64,000 nucleotides of DNA from a virus (Duplodnaviria; Caudoviricetes), in the IMG/VR virus record IMGVR_UViG_3300048881_000780; one strand, written 5' to 3'. Below the pieces are notes generated by a model that made no database searches, was not told where the DNA came from, and saw nothing but the letters and a program-made list of their open reading frames with translations. The translations under genes were made by a program, and so were the position numbers. This document shows, in pieces, positions 38,599 through 48,330 of this stretch. Each line of letters starts with the position of its first letter. Position 1 is the stretch's first letter.

Positions 38599-40235
38599 AC
38601 TCTTTTAATATCCGATAGAATCATCTCGCCACTTGAAGTAACACCATAAGTAATTTCAACACGTTTATTTAAAAACAAAGATAGATTATCTCTGTTTAAG
38701 AGTTTCATGATCTTATCAGAGTATTTCCAGAAAAATAAAAGCCCAGTAGATGTAGTAGACTTATCCTTTAAGATTAATTTGAAATGATCTCCGTTTTTTC
38801 CCAAAGACTCTATATCTAGTAATGTGGCCCTACTTTTAAACTCGGGCGCTTCTCTTTTTTCTCCAAATGGAAAGAGGGTTTTATATTGATCTTGAAAATC
38901 ACTACTAAAAACTTCACTTAGTTCTATCTTAAGAGACTTATCAATTATGCATGGTTTTCTTTTTTGTAAGTTTTCCTGTAAATACTCAAGCTCACTTTCT
39001 CTCAAACTCATACCACAGGCCATTTTGTGACCACCAAAAGATATAAATAGATCTCGTCCCTTTTCCTCTCGATGCTTAGAGTTAATTTGAGATAAGTGAT
39101 CATACAAGTTAAAGTCTTCAGTGGAGCGAGCACTACCTTTATAACAGTCCTTTTCTTTATTGTAAGTAAGACAAATACAAGGATAATGAAGCGACCTAAC
39201 TAAACTTCCGGCCACTAACCCTGCTACTCCCTCATGAATAGAACTATCAACATAGAGAAACACGCCACTTGGTGACTTATCACTAAGTGCTTCAAGCGCC
39301 CTATGAGTATTTTCTCTTTGAATATCTTTTCTATTTTTATTTTCATTTTGTAGAAACTTAATTGCTGAGAAATCATAATTTCCCAAAAGAAACTTAAGCG
39401 ATAGATCCATATCACCCAATCTTCCTTTGGCATTTAAAATGGGACATATTTGAAACCCCACCTTTTCAAAATCTATGGATTCATTACCTTTTAAGTAAAC
39501 TAGAGTCTTAAGATGTGAATACATCTTCATACTATTTAAACTTACAAGGCCTTTTTTACAAAGTTCAATATTTACTCCCTGCATGGGAACTCGATCACCA
39601 ATCGTTGCAAGACATACAAAGCCAGTTAAGGCCTTCAAGCTGATTCCTACTTTTTCACTCTTTTTTAACTGATCGTTAATTGCCCATGATAAGTAAAATG
39701 CGACTGCACAACCGCAAAGTATAGATAATTCATTCTCTTTGGAGTCAAATCTCTTAGGGTTTACAACACTGTGAGCATATGGAAGTTCTAAGCTACCGTT
39801 CTCGTGATGATCTGTAATAATTAATTCCAAACCAATTTCTTTAGCAAAAACAGCACTGGAGATTGCGGTGATTCCACAGTCCACAGTGATTAACAGATCT
39901 ACTTTATCTTCTTGCTTGGCCTTTTTAATAATATCTTTATGTAGGCCATAACCATCTATAAAACGATCCGGTTGATAAGTTGAAATCTTGGATTTAAACC
40001 CATTATGCTTTATTATTTCGGATAGATAGATATAGAGAGTTGCTATACTAGTGGTACCATCGACGTCATAGTCTCCATAGATACCAATATTCTCTCCATT
40101 CTCTAGGGCCTGAAATACTCGCTTTGAGGCCTTTTCACAGTCAATTAGCTTGGAGTAGTGAGGAATGGATATTTCTTCATTAGGATCAATATTTGACCTT
40201 CTTAGATATTCTTTTAAGATTTCATTTGTTATCAT
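38595..40235 (-). CDS. recJ: Single-stranded-DNA exonuclease RecJ (DHH family)
   Basis: YGDYDVDG, PDRFIDGYG, TVDCG, TDHH, ATIGDRVP, NAKGRL, GSARS, FGGHKMACG. Confidence 0.95.
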   Translation of the reverse strand: MITNEILKEYLRRSNIDPNEEISIPHYSKLIDCEKASKRVFQALENGENIGIYGDYDVDGTTSIATLYIYLSEIIKHNGFKSKISTYQPDRFIDGYGLHKDIIKKAKQEDKVDLLITVDCGITAISSAVFAKEIGLELIITDHHENGSLELPYAHSVVNPKRFDSKENELSILCGCAVAFYLSWAINDQLKKSEKVGISLKALTGFVCLATIGDRVPMQGVNIELCKKGLVSLNSMKMYSHLKTLVYLKGNESIDFEKVGFQICPILNAKGRLGDMDLSLKFLLGNYDFSAIKFLQNENKNRKDIQRENTHRALEALSDKSPSGVFLYVDSSIHEGVAGLVAGSLVRSLHYPCICLTYNKEKDCYKGSARSTEDFNLYDHLSQINSKHREEKGRDLFISFGGHKMACGMSLRESELEYLQENLQKRKPCIIDKSLKIELSEVFSSDFQDQYKTLFPFGEKREAPEFKSRATLLDIESLGKNGDHFKLILKDKSTTSTGLLFFWKYSDKIMKLLNRDNLSLFLNKRVEITYGVTSSGEMILSDIKRV

Positions 40236-40273
40236 CTATTCCTCACATAATTAATTATAACACAAATCATATC

Positions 40274-40290
40274 TTAACGCAAGCTGTCAG
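40274..40290. promoter_or_regulatory. 17-bp palindromic operator copy (imperfect)
   Basis: TTAACGCAAGCTGTCAG upstream of recJ. Confidence 0.55.
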
Positions 40291-40333
40291 CTTTTATTAA
40301 AATTTCCACTCTGTTTTCTCATATAATCCCTGT

Positions 40334-40573
40334 ATGAGAAAAATTAAATATGCGCGACAATTACCAAGTGATAATCAAAAAAAGTATAGAGTTAGAGAAT
40401 ACCTTAAAGAAGTTAATGAGGTGATGAAGGATATGGTCTTAGCAAAGAAGTCCAAAAGAGAAATATTGCTCTATATTCAATCAAAGAGAGATCACGTTAA
40501 AAAACTTCCATCAACAGAAGTAAATAGATTGATTTTAAATAGTTTAAATACTTTACTTAGATTAAAATCTTAA
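40334..40573 (+). CDS. Small basic hypothetical protein
   Basis: 79 aa; TATAAT 6 nt before the ATG. Confidence 0.55.
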   Translation: MRKIKYARQLPSDNQKKYRVREYLKEVNEVMKDMVLAKKSKREILLYIQSKRDHVKKLPSTEVNRLILNSLNTLLRLKS

Positions 40574-42198
40574 AAGGTCTTAGGGGCACTAGGTATTTGA
40601 GGAATTATTAGAGATTCATTTTCTATTTCAACCTCTTTTTCTCGCCTCTCAAGCTTTCTTCTTAAATCTCTCTCTTGCTCATTCTTTTTTTCAGCTTGTA
40701 GAGCTCTCCTTTTACTAATAACTCTCTTAGTATACTCACTGGCCAATATAGATTTTAGATGAACCTCTTGAGCAACTAATTGATTATTTAAAAGCTTCAT
40801 TTCTGATTTATTCATTGAATTTGAGCAACTTACCTCTTGAGAAGCAAAGGTCTTAGAAGATGAATCTGAAAAATGTCTCTTTCTACCGTAATGAAAAGAC
40901 TCTTGAGTCCAAACCCCGGCCTGATTATCTCTTTCAATTTTCATTTGTTTATAATACTCGTTAGCAGTAGCGTTTAAAATATCATATGGATCAATCTTGC
41001 TATCACTAACACATTTTTGATATTCTCTTTCTATAAATTGATTTCTTGCGTTCTCATCATATCCAAATTTATCTAGATTACCTTTATTATAGTGGTCATC
41101 TTCAATTTTTGAGTAATTACAATCTGGATTAAAAGTTTGATAAGAGTCAGTTTGTTGTTCAATCAATGTCCCAGATGCCAATCCATAAGTATTAGTATAG
41201 CGAATTCTATTTAAGAAGGCCGTCCATTCTTCATTGTATAATTCTAGAAACTTATTTAATTGAGATCTATCGGCATTAACTGAAACCCTTTGATATTCTT
41301 TATTAACAAAGCCCATTTTACCTGGAGCACTTTCGGATTTTCTTTTTCTCACTTTCATCTTAGTTTTATAACTAAATGAATTGTTAGATAAACTATTTAA
41401 AGTGGAAATATACTTTTTAAACTTCTTAATATCTTGAGCGTACATCTCCTTTCCCATATCAACTAAATGGTATCTAAGTTCAGTTTGCCTATCTTTAGCG
41501 ACAACTATGCTATTCTTCTTAGGTTCCACAATCTTAGAATAGTATTCATTATAGTCCTGATTGAATAATTCTCTTTGATTATCGTCGGGACAACTAATCT
41601 CTTTCTTTAATGAATTCATATTATAAGCAACTGATGCCAATTCATTTACTCTAGCTTCACGCTCATAAACTGTTGAAAAGATCTTATCTTCTGTCTTTTG
41701 ACCTGGATTATAATTTTCATTGTAATAAGATTGTGCATCTAATAGTAAATCTGTTGTTTGATTAATAGTGTTAGCAGTCTTGAAAAACTCTGGATCACTA
41801 GGATTTAAGCTATGTCTACCAGTTGTTTGAGAGATTGAATTCGCCTTTAAAAATAGATTGATCTCATCGTCAAACTTCTTACCAGTTATATGATTAAATT
41901 GCTCCGCAGCGAAGGCCCTCAGTTCAGCATTTTTAAGCTCTCTAGCTTTCATTACGACATTGCAAACCATCATCATTGCACCATCATTTTCCATGGCCGC
42001 AAAGAAAGTTACCACTGGAGTTACAACAGGTCCCTTTATCTCTAAACCAGCATGGGGTAGTAAGTTTGGCATAGATTGAATTACTGCCAATATGGCCTCT
42101 GCCTGCTCACAAAGTGCCTCAAATTTAGTTTTCTTTGGGGCCTCATAAGCACCTACAGAAAGTATTATAAATAGAAAACTCAATAATATCTTACGCAC
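40570..42198 (-). CDS. Large secreted protein at VirB5 position (paralogue 2)
   Basis: Likely GTG start at 42198 overlapping the virB4 end, giving signal peptide MRKILLSFLFIILSVGA; C-terminus closely matches that of 31812-33548. Confidence 0.55.
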   Translation of the reverse strand: MRKILLSFLFIILSVGAYEAPKKTKFEALCEQAEAILAVIQSMPNLLPHAGLEIKGPVVTPVVTFFAAMENDGAMMMVCNVVMKARELKNAELRAFAAEQFNHITGKKFDDEINLFLKANSISQTTGRHSLNPSDPEFFKTANTINQTTDLLLDAQSYYNENYNPGQKTEDKIFSTVYEREARVNELASVAYNMNSLKKEISCPDDNQRELFNQDYNEYYSKIVEPKKNSIVVAKDRQTELRYHLVDMGKEMYAQDIKKFKKYISTLNSLSNNSFSYKTKMKVRKRKSESAPGKMGFVNKEYQRVSVNADRSQLNKFLELYNEEWTAFLNRIRYTNTYGLASGTLIEQQTDSYQTFNPDCNYSKIEDDHYNKGNLDKFGYDENARNQFIEREYQKCVSDSKIDPYDILNATANEYYKQMKIERDNQAGVWTQESFHYGRKRHFSDSSSKTFASQEVSCSNSMNKSEMKLLNNQLVAQEVHLKSILASEYTKRVISKRRALQAEKKNEQERDLRRKLERREKEVEIENESLIIPQIPSAPKTF

Positions 42199-45100
42199 TC
42201 TTATAACCAGTTTTTCTAAATGAGTTAATTTTCCCAAGTATTTCTTCATAGTGAGAATTAATCTCTGAAACTTTAGAAAATCCAATCTCTGCTTTTATGT
42301 TGAAAATTTCATTGCTTAAATTTTCATCCGGAGATGTTTCAAATCTAGATTCAAGCTTTTTTAAGGTTTTGAGCTTTTGAATCCTCTCATCTCTTTTTTC
42401 ACTTAAATAATCTAGTAATTCATGATCATCTTGATAAACTTCCCTATTGAATACCTTTTCTATAGACTCAAGATAATCTAAACCTCTGACCTTATAAAAG
42501 AATTCACATATGTCATATCCAGTGTTATTAAAATTTGAGACTATCTTATGTGCTTTATCGTCTACTCTTAAGTGTGACATCAATTTGTGATCATCTTTAA
42601 ATAACCACTCTTTTGCAAATATATATACAGCATCTTCTTTTAGCATCTTCATATTCTTCTCTAGATACTTCTTAATGAAATTATCAGACTTATCTGAAGA
42701 ACTTATCGCAATTTCAGTTGAACACATTACGTTTTGCAGTAGAACACACTTTTCTTTTTCTGATTCTTTTACCTTAGAGAGAAGAAAGAAGTTATTAAAT
42801 ACTTTCTTATTCTTAGAAAATGGATCTCTTCTGAGTCCAACCTTAGTTAAAGCATGTGCAGACGATGGAGTTAGCTCGAAGTAACTAGCTATTCTCTTTC
42901 TATCATTGGCATCCGCAACTCCAGCTATAAAGAATTGAGTAATTAGACCCAAGATCGCATCACCTTGAGTGGGGGAAATTCTTTGAAGATCAAAGAGATT
43001 TTGACTCGCTAATCCTAAGATTGCCTGATACTTTCTTGCAATTCTTACGAACTCCTCTAAGAACGGAAGGAGACCTCCATCCATTGTCTTATGAATCTCA
43101 TCGGCCATAATAAATCTTTTCTTATCTTGATTATAGTAAGTGTCCCTTGATATGATTTTCATAATGATGATCGTATACAATTTTTCTAGTGCCGGATCTT
43201 CTTCTAGTCCATAGAGGTCAAATAAAATTGCTCTATTGCTAGTATCGATATCCCCTCTTTTAGTATCAAAACTATCGTATACGCCACCTCTTTTTACAGA
43301 GTACCTAGATAGCTTTCTAATTAATGATTCAACTGCATTGGTCGCACCACGTTTTCTTGCCTGAGCTTCAATTGTGTCTATAACATCGGAAATAATAGGA
43401 AAGCCATCATCAACTCTCTCGTATGTTTCTTTAATAAAGTAAGCTATCTCATCTCTATCAAATAATCTAAATCCATCCAAACCATTGTCTGGATTACTAC
43501 TTAGAAATATTTCAAATATCTTAAGAATGAAATTTTCACCATTTAGGTTTGGAATGACTTCACCAGGCAATAGATCTAGCTGTTCGATATGATCTGCGCC
43601 GTTTTCAACTTCAAAAATCTCATTAAAGATTTCTACCTTGGCATCTCTAGTTAGATTAGTTTCTAAAAGTGAAAACTTATTATAGTAGGCCTCGATATAA
43701 AGATCGACTTCTCTTTCTTCCTCATCAAGTTTTCTTTCTATTTTATGATAAACTTCTCTTTCCTCTCTTAATAGATTATCTAGTGAAGTTACCTTTACTC
43801 TAAGTAAGTCTTTTTCCACGTCTGACTTAACTTCACTAATTTCTCTTTCAAGTACTCTAATTTCATTCTCTAATTCTGATACTCTTTTAAATTTTGATGA
43901 ATACTCCTCGTAGGTATCAAAGAGATGTCCAAATCTATCTGGAAAAATATTCATTAGATATTTTCTAATTTTCATCTTTTTTTCTTTCTTTGGTCTTTGA
44001 GTTAAATCATCTAAACTAAGGGGATTAAATTTTGGTTTTTGAACACCATTGAATTTAATAATTTGCCCACCCATCATTTCAATACGAGTAAAGAATGATC
44101 CAGCAGGACCAGCATAATCTATCCCTCTAACTAAAATACTGTCTAAATTCCCAGTTTTTAAGACTGTTTCTTCCATAAAGGAGATAACTTTATTTAGTAA
44201 AATCGATTTACCACTACCCATTGGGCCAGTACAATACATACTCCATGAAGATAGTGAAGGTGAAAGGCTATCGTAAGGGAATATAGTTCCCTCTTCTGAG
44301 TAGAAGTGGTTAATATAACCATGATCATCAACAGATCTTTGCTCCCAAATTGGAAACATTGTTACACAAGCATCTACCAGTTGGATAAAGTAGTCATACA
44401 TCTTTGAATGAATAGAAAATTGTCCAAATGCTAAATCACAAAATAATGGATATTGGCCATATCTAACCGCTCTCCATTTAGAATTACAAAATTTTGAAAA
44501 GAAATTACTTTCTAAGAAATAGTCCATTTTTTTAACATAATCTTTTGTAGTTAAATTCTCTCTTTTTGCATTCTTTCTTAAATTTCCATTAGATATTCTA
44601 ATATTCATGAATGCTGTCATTTTAACGACACCATTTCTAGAGAGTGCTGTTTCATGGAAATTTTCCTCAACAGTCTCTAACTCTTTCTGCTTTCTAGGAT
44701 CATCTTCTAGCTCTTTTTCATCCCCTGCAACAAAGCGAGCCCATCTCTTAGCATTTTTCATTTCTTTGAAGCCCTCTTCATTATCCATATTTCTAAAGAC
44801 AATATGATAATCAAGCTCAAATGGGGCCTTTAGAATATCCTTAATCTCTCCACCAGTAATCTCTTCATTACTTTCAATTTCATCAATTTGATAAATTCTG
44901 TTGAAGTAATTTTCCATATTAATTCCAAATGGAACCTCTTTTACGTTAAGACCATCTAATATCTGCTCTCTTAAAGAAGTATCTTCAGATCTTCCATCTG
45001 GCTTAATATCAAAGCTTTTTAAACTACTTGTATTTTGCCTGAAGTATTGAACGAATAAGTTAGATAAGTTAACTCTCCCTTCTATTTCTTCAATTCCAAT

Positions 45101-45685
45101 ACCTACAGAAGTAAGACTCTGTTTCATTACTCCCGCAAATTCATTAACAGTTCGTGCTCTATCAACGACTCCTTCAAACTTCTTTGATAAAAAAGAAGTA
45201 TCTGTAGTTTTTTTAATAAATTGCTCTAATCTCTTATAACTAGACTTCACTTTTTCTTTAAAAGGTTGTTTATCAAATTTAGGATAAATATTTACAGATA
45301 GATAAATTTCGATATCGTAACACTCACCATCCTCTCTTAATTTGTTATAGAATGCTCTTGACGCTTTGGCCTCCATTGAAGCAATCACTGGAAGAGCTGG
45401 AAGTTCCTTTGCCTTCTTTTTAAAAAAGGAAGTTGTTACCGTGATATCCCTTGGTGCACCTGAAAATAATTCACTAAGAGCTTTAAATACATTTGCATAA
45501 TCTGAGTCAATAAAGGTAGAAGAATCTATACCCTGCAATTTAAAAATTTTAGCAATTGATCCATCATCATTTATGATAAACCATCCCTGCTGGTCAATTT
45601 GAACAATATCTCTTAACCCTAGATGGGAAAAGTTATTAGATTCAAAATCTAAATACCTTTTTTGATTATTTATACTCTTTTTCAT
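42191..45685 (-). CDS. virB4: VirB4/TraC-family T4SS ATPase
   Basis: DDGSIAKIFKLQGID N-terminus, Walker A GPMGSGKS, Walker B IMADEIH, RIARKYQ..GLASQNLFD; follows pilin- and VirB3-like genes. Confidence 0.88.
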   Translation of the reverse strand: MKKSINNQKRYLDFESNNFSHLGLRDIVQIDQQGWFIINDDGSIAKIFKLQGIDSSTFIDSDYANVFKALSELFSGAPRDITVTTSFFKKKAKELPALPVIASMEAKASRAFYNKLREDGECYDIEIYLSVNIYPKFDKQPFKEKVKSSYKRLEQFIKKTTDTSFLSKKFEGVVDRARTVNEFAGVMKQSLTSVGIGIEEIEGRVNLSNLFVQYFRQNTSSLKSFDIKPDGRSEDTSLREQILDGLNVKEVPFGINMENYFNRIYQIDEIESNEEITGGEIKDILKAPFELDYHIVFRNMDNEEGFKEMKNAKRWARFVAGDEKELEDDPRKQKELETVEENFHETALSRNGVVKMTAFMNIRISNGNLRKNAKRENLTTKDYVKKMDYFLESNFFSKFCNSKWRAVRYGQYPLFCDLAFGQFSIHSKMYDYFIQLVDACVTMFPIWEQRSVDDHGYINHFYSEEGTIFPYDSLSPSLSSWSMYCTGPMGSGKSILLNKVISFMEETVLKTGNLDSILVRGIDYAGPAGSFFTRIEMMGGQIIKFNGVQKPKFNPLSLDDLTQRPKKEKKMKIRKYLMNIFPDRFGHLFDTYEEYSSKFKRVSELENEIRVLEREISEVKSDVEKDLLRVKVTSLDNLLREEREVYHKIERKLDEEEREVDLYIEAYYNKFSLLETNLTRDAKVEIFNEIFEVENGADHIEQLDLLPGEVIPNLNGENFILKIFEIFLSSNPDNGLDGFRLFDRDEIAYFIKETYERVDDGFPIISDVIDTIEAQARKRGATNAVESLIRKLSRYSVKRGGVYDSFDTKRGDIDTSNRAILFDLYGLEEDPALEKLYTIIIMKIISRDTYYNQDKKRFIMADEIHKTMDGGLLPFLEEFVRIARKYQAILGLASQNLFDLQRISPTQGDAILGLITQFFIAGVADANDRKRIASYFELTPSSAHALTKVGLRRDPFSKNKKVFNNFFLLSKVKESEKEKCVLLQNVMCSTEIAISSSDKSDNFIKKYLEKNMKMLKEDAVYIFAKEWLFKDDHKLMSHLRVDDKAHKIVSNFNNTGYDICEFFYKVRGLDYLESIEKVFNREVYQDDHELLDYLSEKRDERIQKLKTLKKLESRFETSPDENLSNEIFNIKAEIGFSKVSEINSHYEEILGKINSFRKTGYKSA

Positions 45686-46497
45686 TATTTCATTCCTATT
45701 AATTTAAAAATAATCTTCTCACACTCACTCTTACTAACTTTCATAACACTTAGCGAATGATCACTAATTCCAACCGAACCTGGAATAAAGTTACTTAAAA
45801 AAGGAGAGCCAAAATCTACGAGACTCTGATGTAGAGACCAATTTGGTAAAATATTTTTAAATAGATAATTTTTAAATACATATTGAGTGTATCTTTCGAA
45901 TAAATCATCCGGACTTAAGTCAAAGATTTTCAAATCTTCCATCATTTTAAATTTATCTTCAACTAGACATAAGTTAACTGAGATATAAAATTCTTCTTGC
46001 TCTTTTTTTAAGTTAATTAATTTAAGCATCTTTTTTGGAATTACTTTTTCATTGTCTATATTAATTAAGCTAGAATCCATCCTAAAGAATGTGTATAAAT
46101 CATCACCATGAAAGAACCAATTATTATAGGATTTGATATTTTTAAAATCCAGGCCATTTGATAGTAATAAATCTCTTACTTCGCTAAAAGTGATTGACTC
46201 TAAATTAAGATCTTTTTGCAGAACCTTTAAGTTTTCTATATCTTGCTCGAGCTCATCAGAATTAATTCTCTCTTCTAACATTCTCTTTATAAGTTTCTTT
46301 TTAGGATAAAACTTTGAAAGACTAATTATAGAACAATCATTAACATTAAAGATGTGCACTTCTACCCATGGTGGTAATTGTTCTAAATTTTCAGCAATCA
46401 ACTCACCGTGAACAAGAAAGAATGTTGACACTCTGTCGTCAAATAAAGTTATATCTTCTCTTTCTTTAACTATGTTTAATGATAAAAAATTATCCAT
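45685..46497 (-). CDS. Hypothetical protein, apparent degenerate paralogue of the VirB4 N-terminal domain
   Basis: Segments align by eye with VirB4 residues ~15-430; translationally coupled on both sides. Confidence 0.45.
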   Translation of the reverse strand: MDNFLSLNIVKEREDITLFDDRVSTFFLVHGELIAENLEQLPPWVEVHIFNVNDCSIISLSKFYPKKKLIKRMLEERINSDELEQDIENLKVLQKDLNLESITFSEVRDLLLSNGLDFKNIKSYNNWFFHGDDLYTFFRMDSSLINIDNEKVIPKKMLKLINLKKEQEEFYISVNLCLVEDKFKMMEDLKIFDLSPDDLFERYTQYVFKNYLFKNILPNWSLHQSLVDFGSPFLSNFIPGSVGISDHSLSVMKVSKSECEKIIFKLIGMK

Positions 46498-46850
46498 TAT
46501 TCACCCTTAACCTTGTCGAATTCATCCCAGCCATCAATATTTGCTTTAGGTGACTCTGTCCACCAGGCCACATCTTTTAGACTATCCAATTCTTGAATAT
46601 TTCTTACGTGATATGTATCGACAGAATGTGAGTTTAAAAATGTTCTTCTTAAGCTATAAAATATTCTTCTAATTTCAGTTCTTGGATTTTGAGAAAACAT
46701 AAAGTATAGAACGATGACCGTTGGCCCCATATACCAAAAGTAATTATCAAAGAAATAGGCCTCTAAAATTAGAACGATTAGTGAAACGGGAAAGAATACA
46801 GGTGATACTGTATTTTTAAGTTTTGACTTAACTTGCATGAATCGAATCAT
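46497..46850 (-). CDS. VirB3/TraL-like membrane protein
   Basis: 117 aa, two TMs, lies between pilin and virB4. Confidence 0.55.
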   Translation of the reverse strand: MIRFMQVKSKLKNTVSPVFFPVSLIVLILEAYFFDNYFWYMGPTVIVLYFMFSQNPRTEIRRIFYSLRRTFLNSHSVDTYHVRNIQELDSLKDVAWWTESPKANIDGWDEFDKVKGE

Positions 46851-46916
46851 TTTAAACTCCTATATATATATTTTAAATTATTAAGGAGTGGTTCTTAAAA
46901 ATGATTCAATATAAGA

Positions 46917-46930
46917 GGGCCTAACGGCCC
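46917..46930 (-). terminator. Hairpin after the pilin gene
   Basis: GGGCC-TAAC-GGCCC just downstream of the virB2-like stop. Confidence 0.5.
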
Positions 46931-46938
46931 ACTTTATA

Positions 46939-47235
46939 TTAGCTAAATACGCCTTTAATCATATTAATCAGAAGCTCTGGTTTGAAGTATAAACCAACGC
47001 AAAGAGCGATACCTAGAATCTTAACTACAGGATTTGTAACCTTTAGATCTTTATCTAGGGCCTCCTGAACGATTCTTCCAAATAGCGCACCACCAATTAG
47101 AGCAAATACGAATTTAAATAATCCTTTACCCTTTGTTGCTGCATCTCCAATCATTTGTCCAAAAGAAGCAAATGCAGGATGTGTTAATAAGAATGCCGCT
47201 AGTGCAATTTGTAGGTGTGTAATCTTTTTTAACAT
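46939..47235 (-). CDS. VirB2/TrbC-like conjugative pilin
   Basis: Re-started at MLKKITH (GGAGA SD): signal peptide ending PAFA, then two hydrophobic helices with a charged loop, 98 aa. Confidence 0.65.
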   Translation of the reverse strand: MLKKITHLQIALAAFLLTHPAFASFGQMIGDAATKGKGLFKFVFALIGGALFGRIVQEALDKDLKVTNPVVKILGIALCVGLYFKPELLINMIKGVFS

Positions 47236-47338
47236 TATAGTCTCCATATTTTTTATTCTTATGTATTCTTTATAAATTTTTTGGAGTAATAATTTATAAA
47301 AAGAGGAGACGATAAAAGTGGAGAGTAAGATACCGGAA

Positions 47339-48073
47339 TTACTTAAGAAATCTAAAGTAAATGGCCCTAAAGAAACCAGGTGGGTGACGATAAGAACAAA
47401 AAGGTGTTCCATTTCTAATACTGTCGGCCATATCAACAGAAGAGTGCATAATGTCGCTTAAATATATTGGAAGTGCGTAAATTAAAAATTCATTTTTCCA
47501 AAAGAATTCTTTTTCACTAAAATCAAAAGAGATGATCATTTCACTTAAGTAAGTTAGTTTTACTCTGACATACTCAAGATCTACACCAATACTCTTTTCT
47601 ATAATTAAACTTAAAACGAGAGAAATAAATAGTAAGTACAGGGTCCTTACCCATACACCAATCACAGGCCAGTGTGATATCCCTCTGTGAGTTACTAAAT
47701 ACGTAAAAGGTGCCCAAGTGTAGTACCAAACTCTATTTATGATAAGAAAGAATAACATTGGAAAGCTTCTTACATGTGGGCCAAATAGCATGATTAATAG
47801 GTTTCTACCAATTGGCATCAGATGTCCCAGATCAAAACTTAGAGCATTCCAAAGCTTTTGACCCAATGGAAAATACTTTTTACCTGGTCTATTCCCTCTA
47901 ACATCTAAATCAGGTTGAAAGAAGGTAGAACAAAATAAGTAGATACCTACAAAGATTAATCCCTCTTTTAAAGAAGGAGTCATCCATTTGAAAGAAATAT
48001 AGCAGTACACTCCAATTATTAGAGGAGTGGCCATGGCATTAAACTTAACATTATCTGTATAGGTATTCTTCAT
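47339..48073 (-). CDS. DUF2227-like membrane metal-binding protein
   Basis: QPDLD, HRGISHWPVIG and MHSSVD motifs with TM segments. Confidence 0.75.
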   Translation of the reverse strand: MKNTYTDNVKFNAMATPLIIGVYCYISFKWMTPSLKEGLIFVGIYLFCSTFFQPDLDVRGNRPGKKYFPLGQKLWNALSFDLGHLMPIGRNLLIMLFGPHVRSFPMLFFLIINRVWYYTWAPFTYLVTHRGISHWPVIGVWVRTLYLLFISLVLSLIIEKSIGVDLEYVRVKLTYLSEMIISFDFSEKEFFWKNEFLIYALPIYLSDIMHSSVDMADSIRNGTPFCSYRHPPGFFRAIYFRFLK

Positions 48074-48083
48074 TGCCTATATT

Positions 48084-48100
48084 TTAACACAACGTGTTAT
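48084..48100. promoter_or_regulatory. 17-bp operator overlapping -10
   Basis: TTAACACAACGTGTTAT. Confidence 0.75.
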
Positions 48101-48330
48101 GGTTTAAATTTCTTAATTATGGATTAATAAATATATTAGTTAGTAAATATGAACCAAAAAGTAGCCAAGCATTGGATTTGACAATCGATATCCCTTCTCA
48201 ATATCCCACTGGAGTTTTTTTGAATGTAAGGTATTAATTATATTACTTGTAGTCTTTGGAATTAGATTTATGGTAACAAGTTTACGGTAATAGTGTTACC
48301 GCAACAATATCCATCATTTCGAATACTTAA

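Noticed and set aside
42199-42285. Upstream start for ORF 40570-42285
   Set aside because: It would overlap virB4 by 95 bp; GTG at 42198 gives a proper signal peptide.
47236-47436. N-terminal extension of the 165-aa ORF 46939-47436
   Set aside because: It overlaps the DUF2227-like gene; an SD and signal peptide support a start at 47235.
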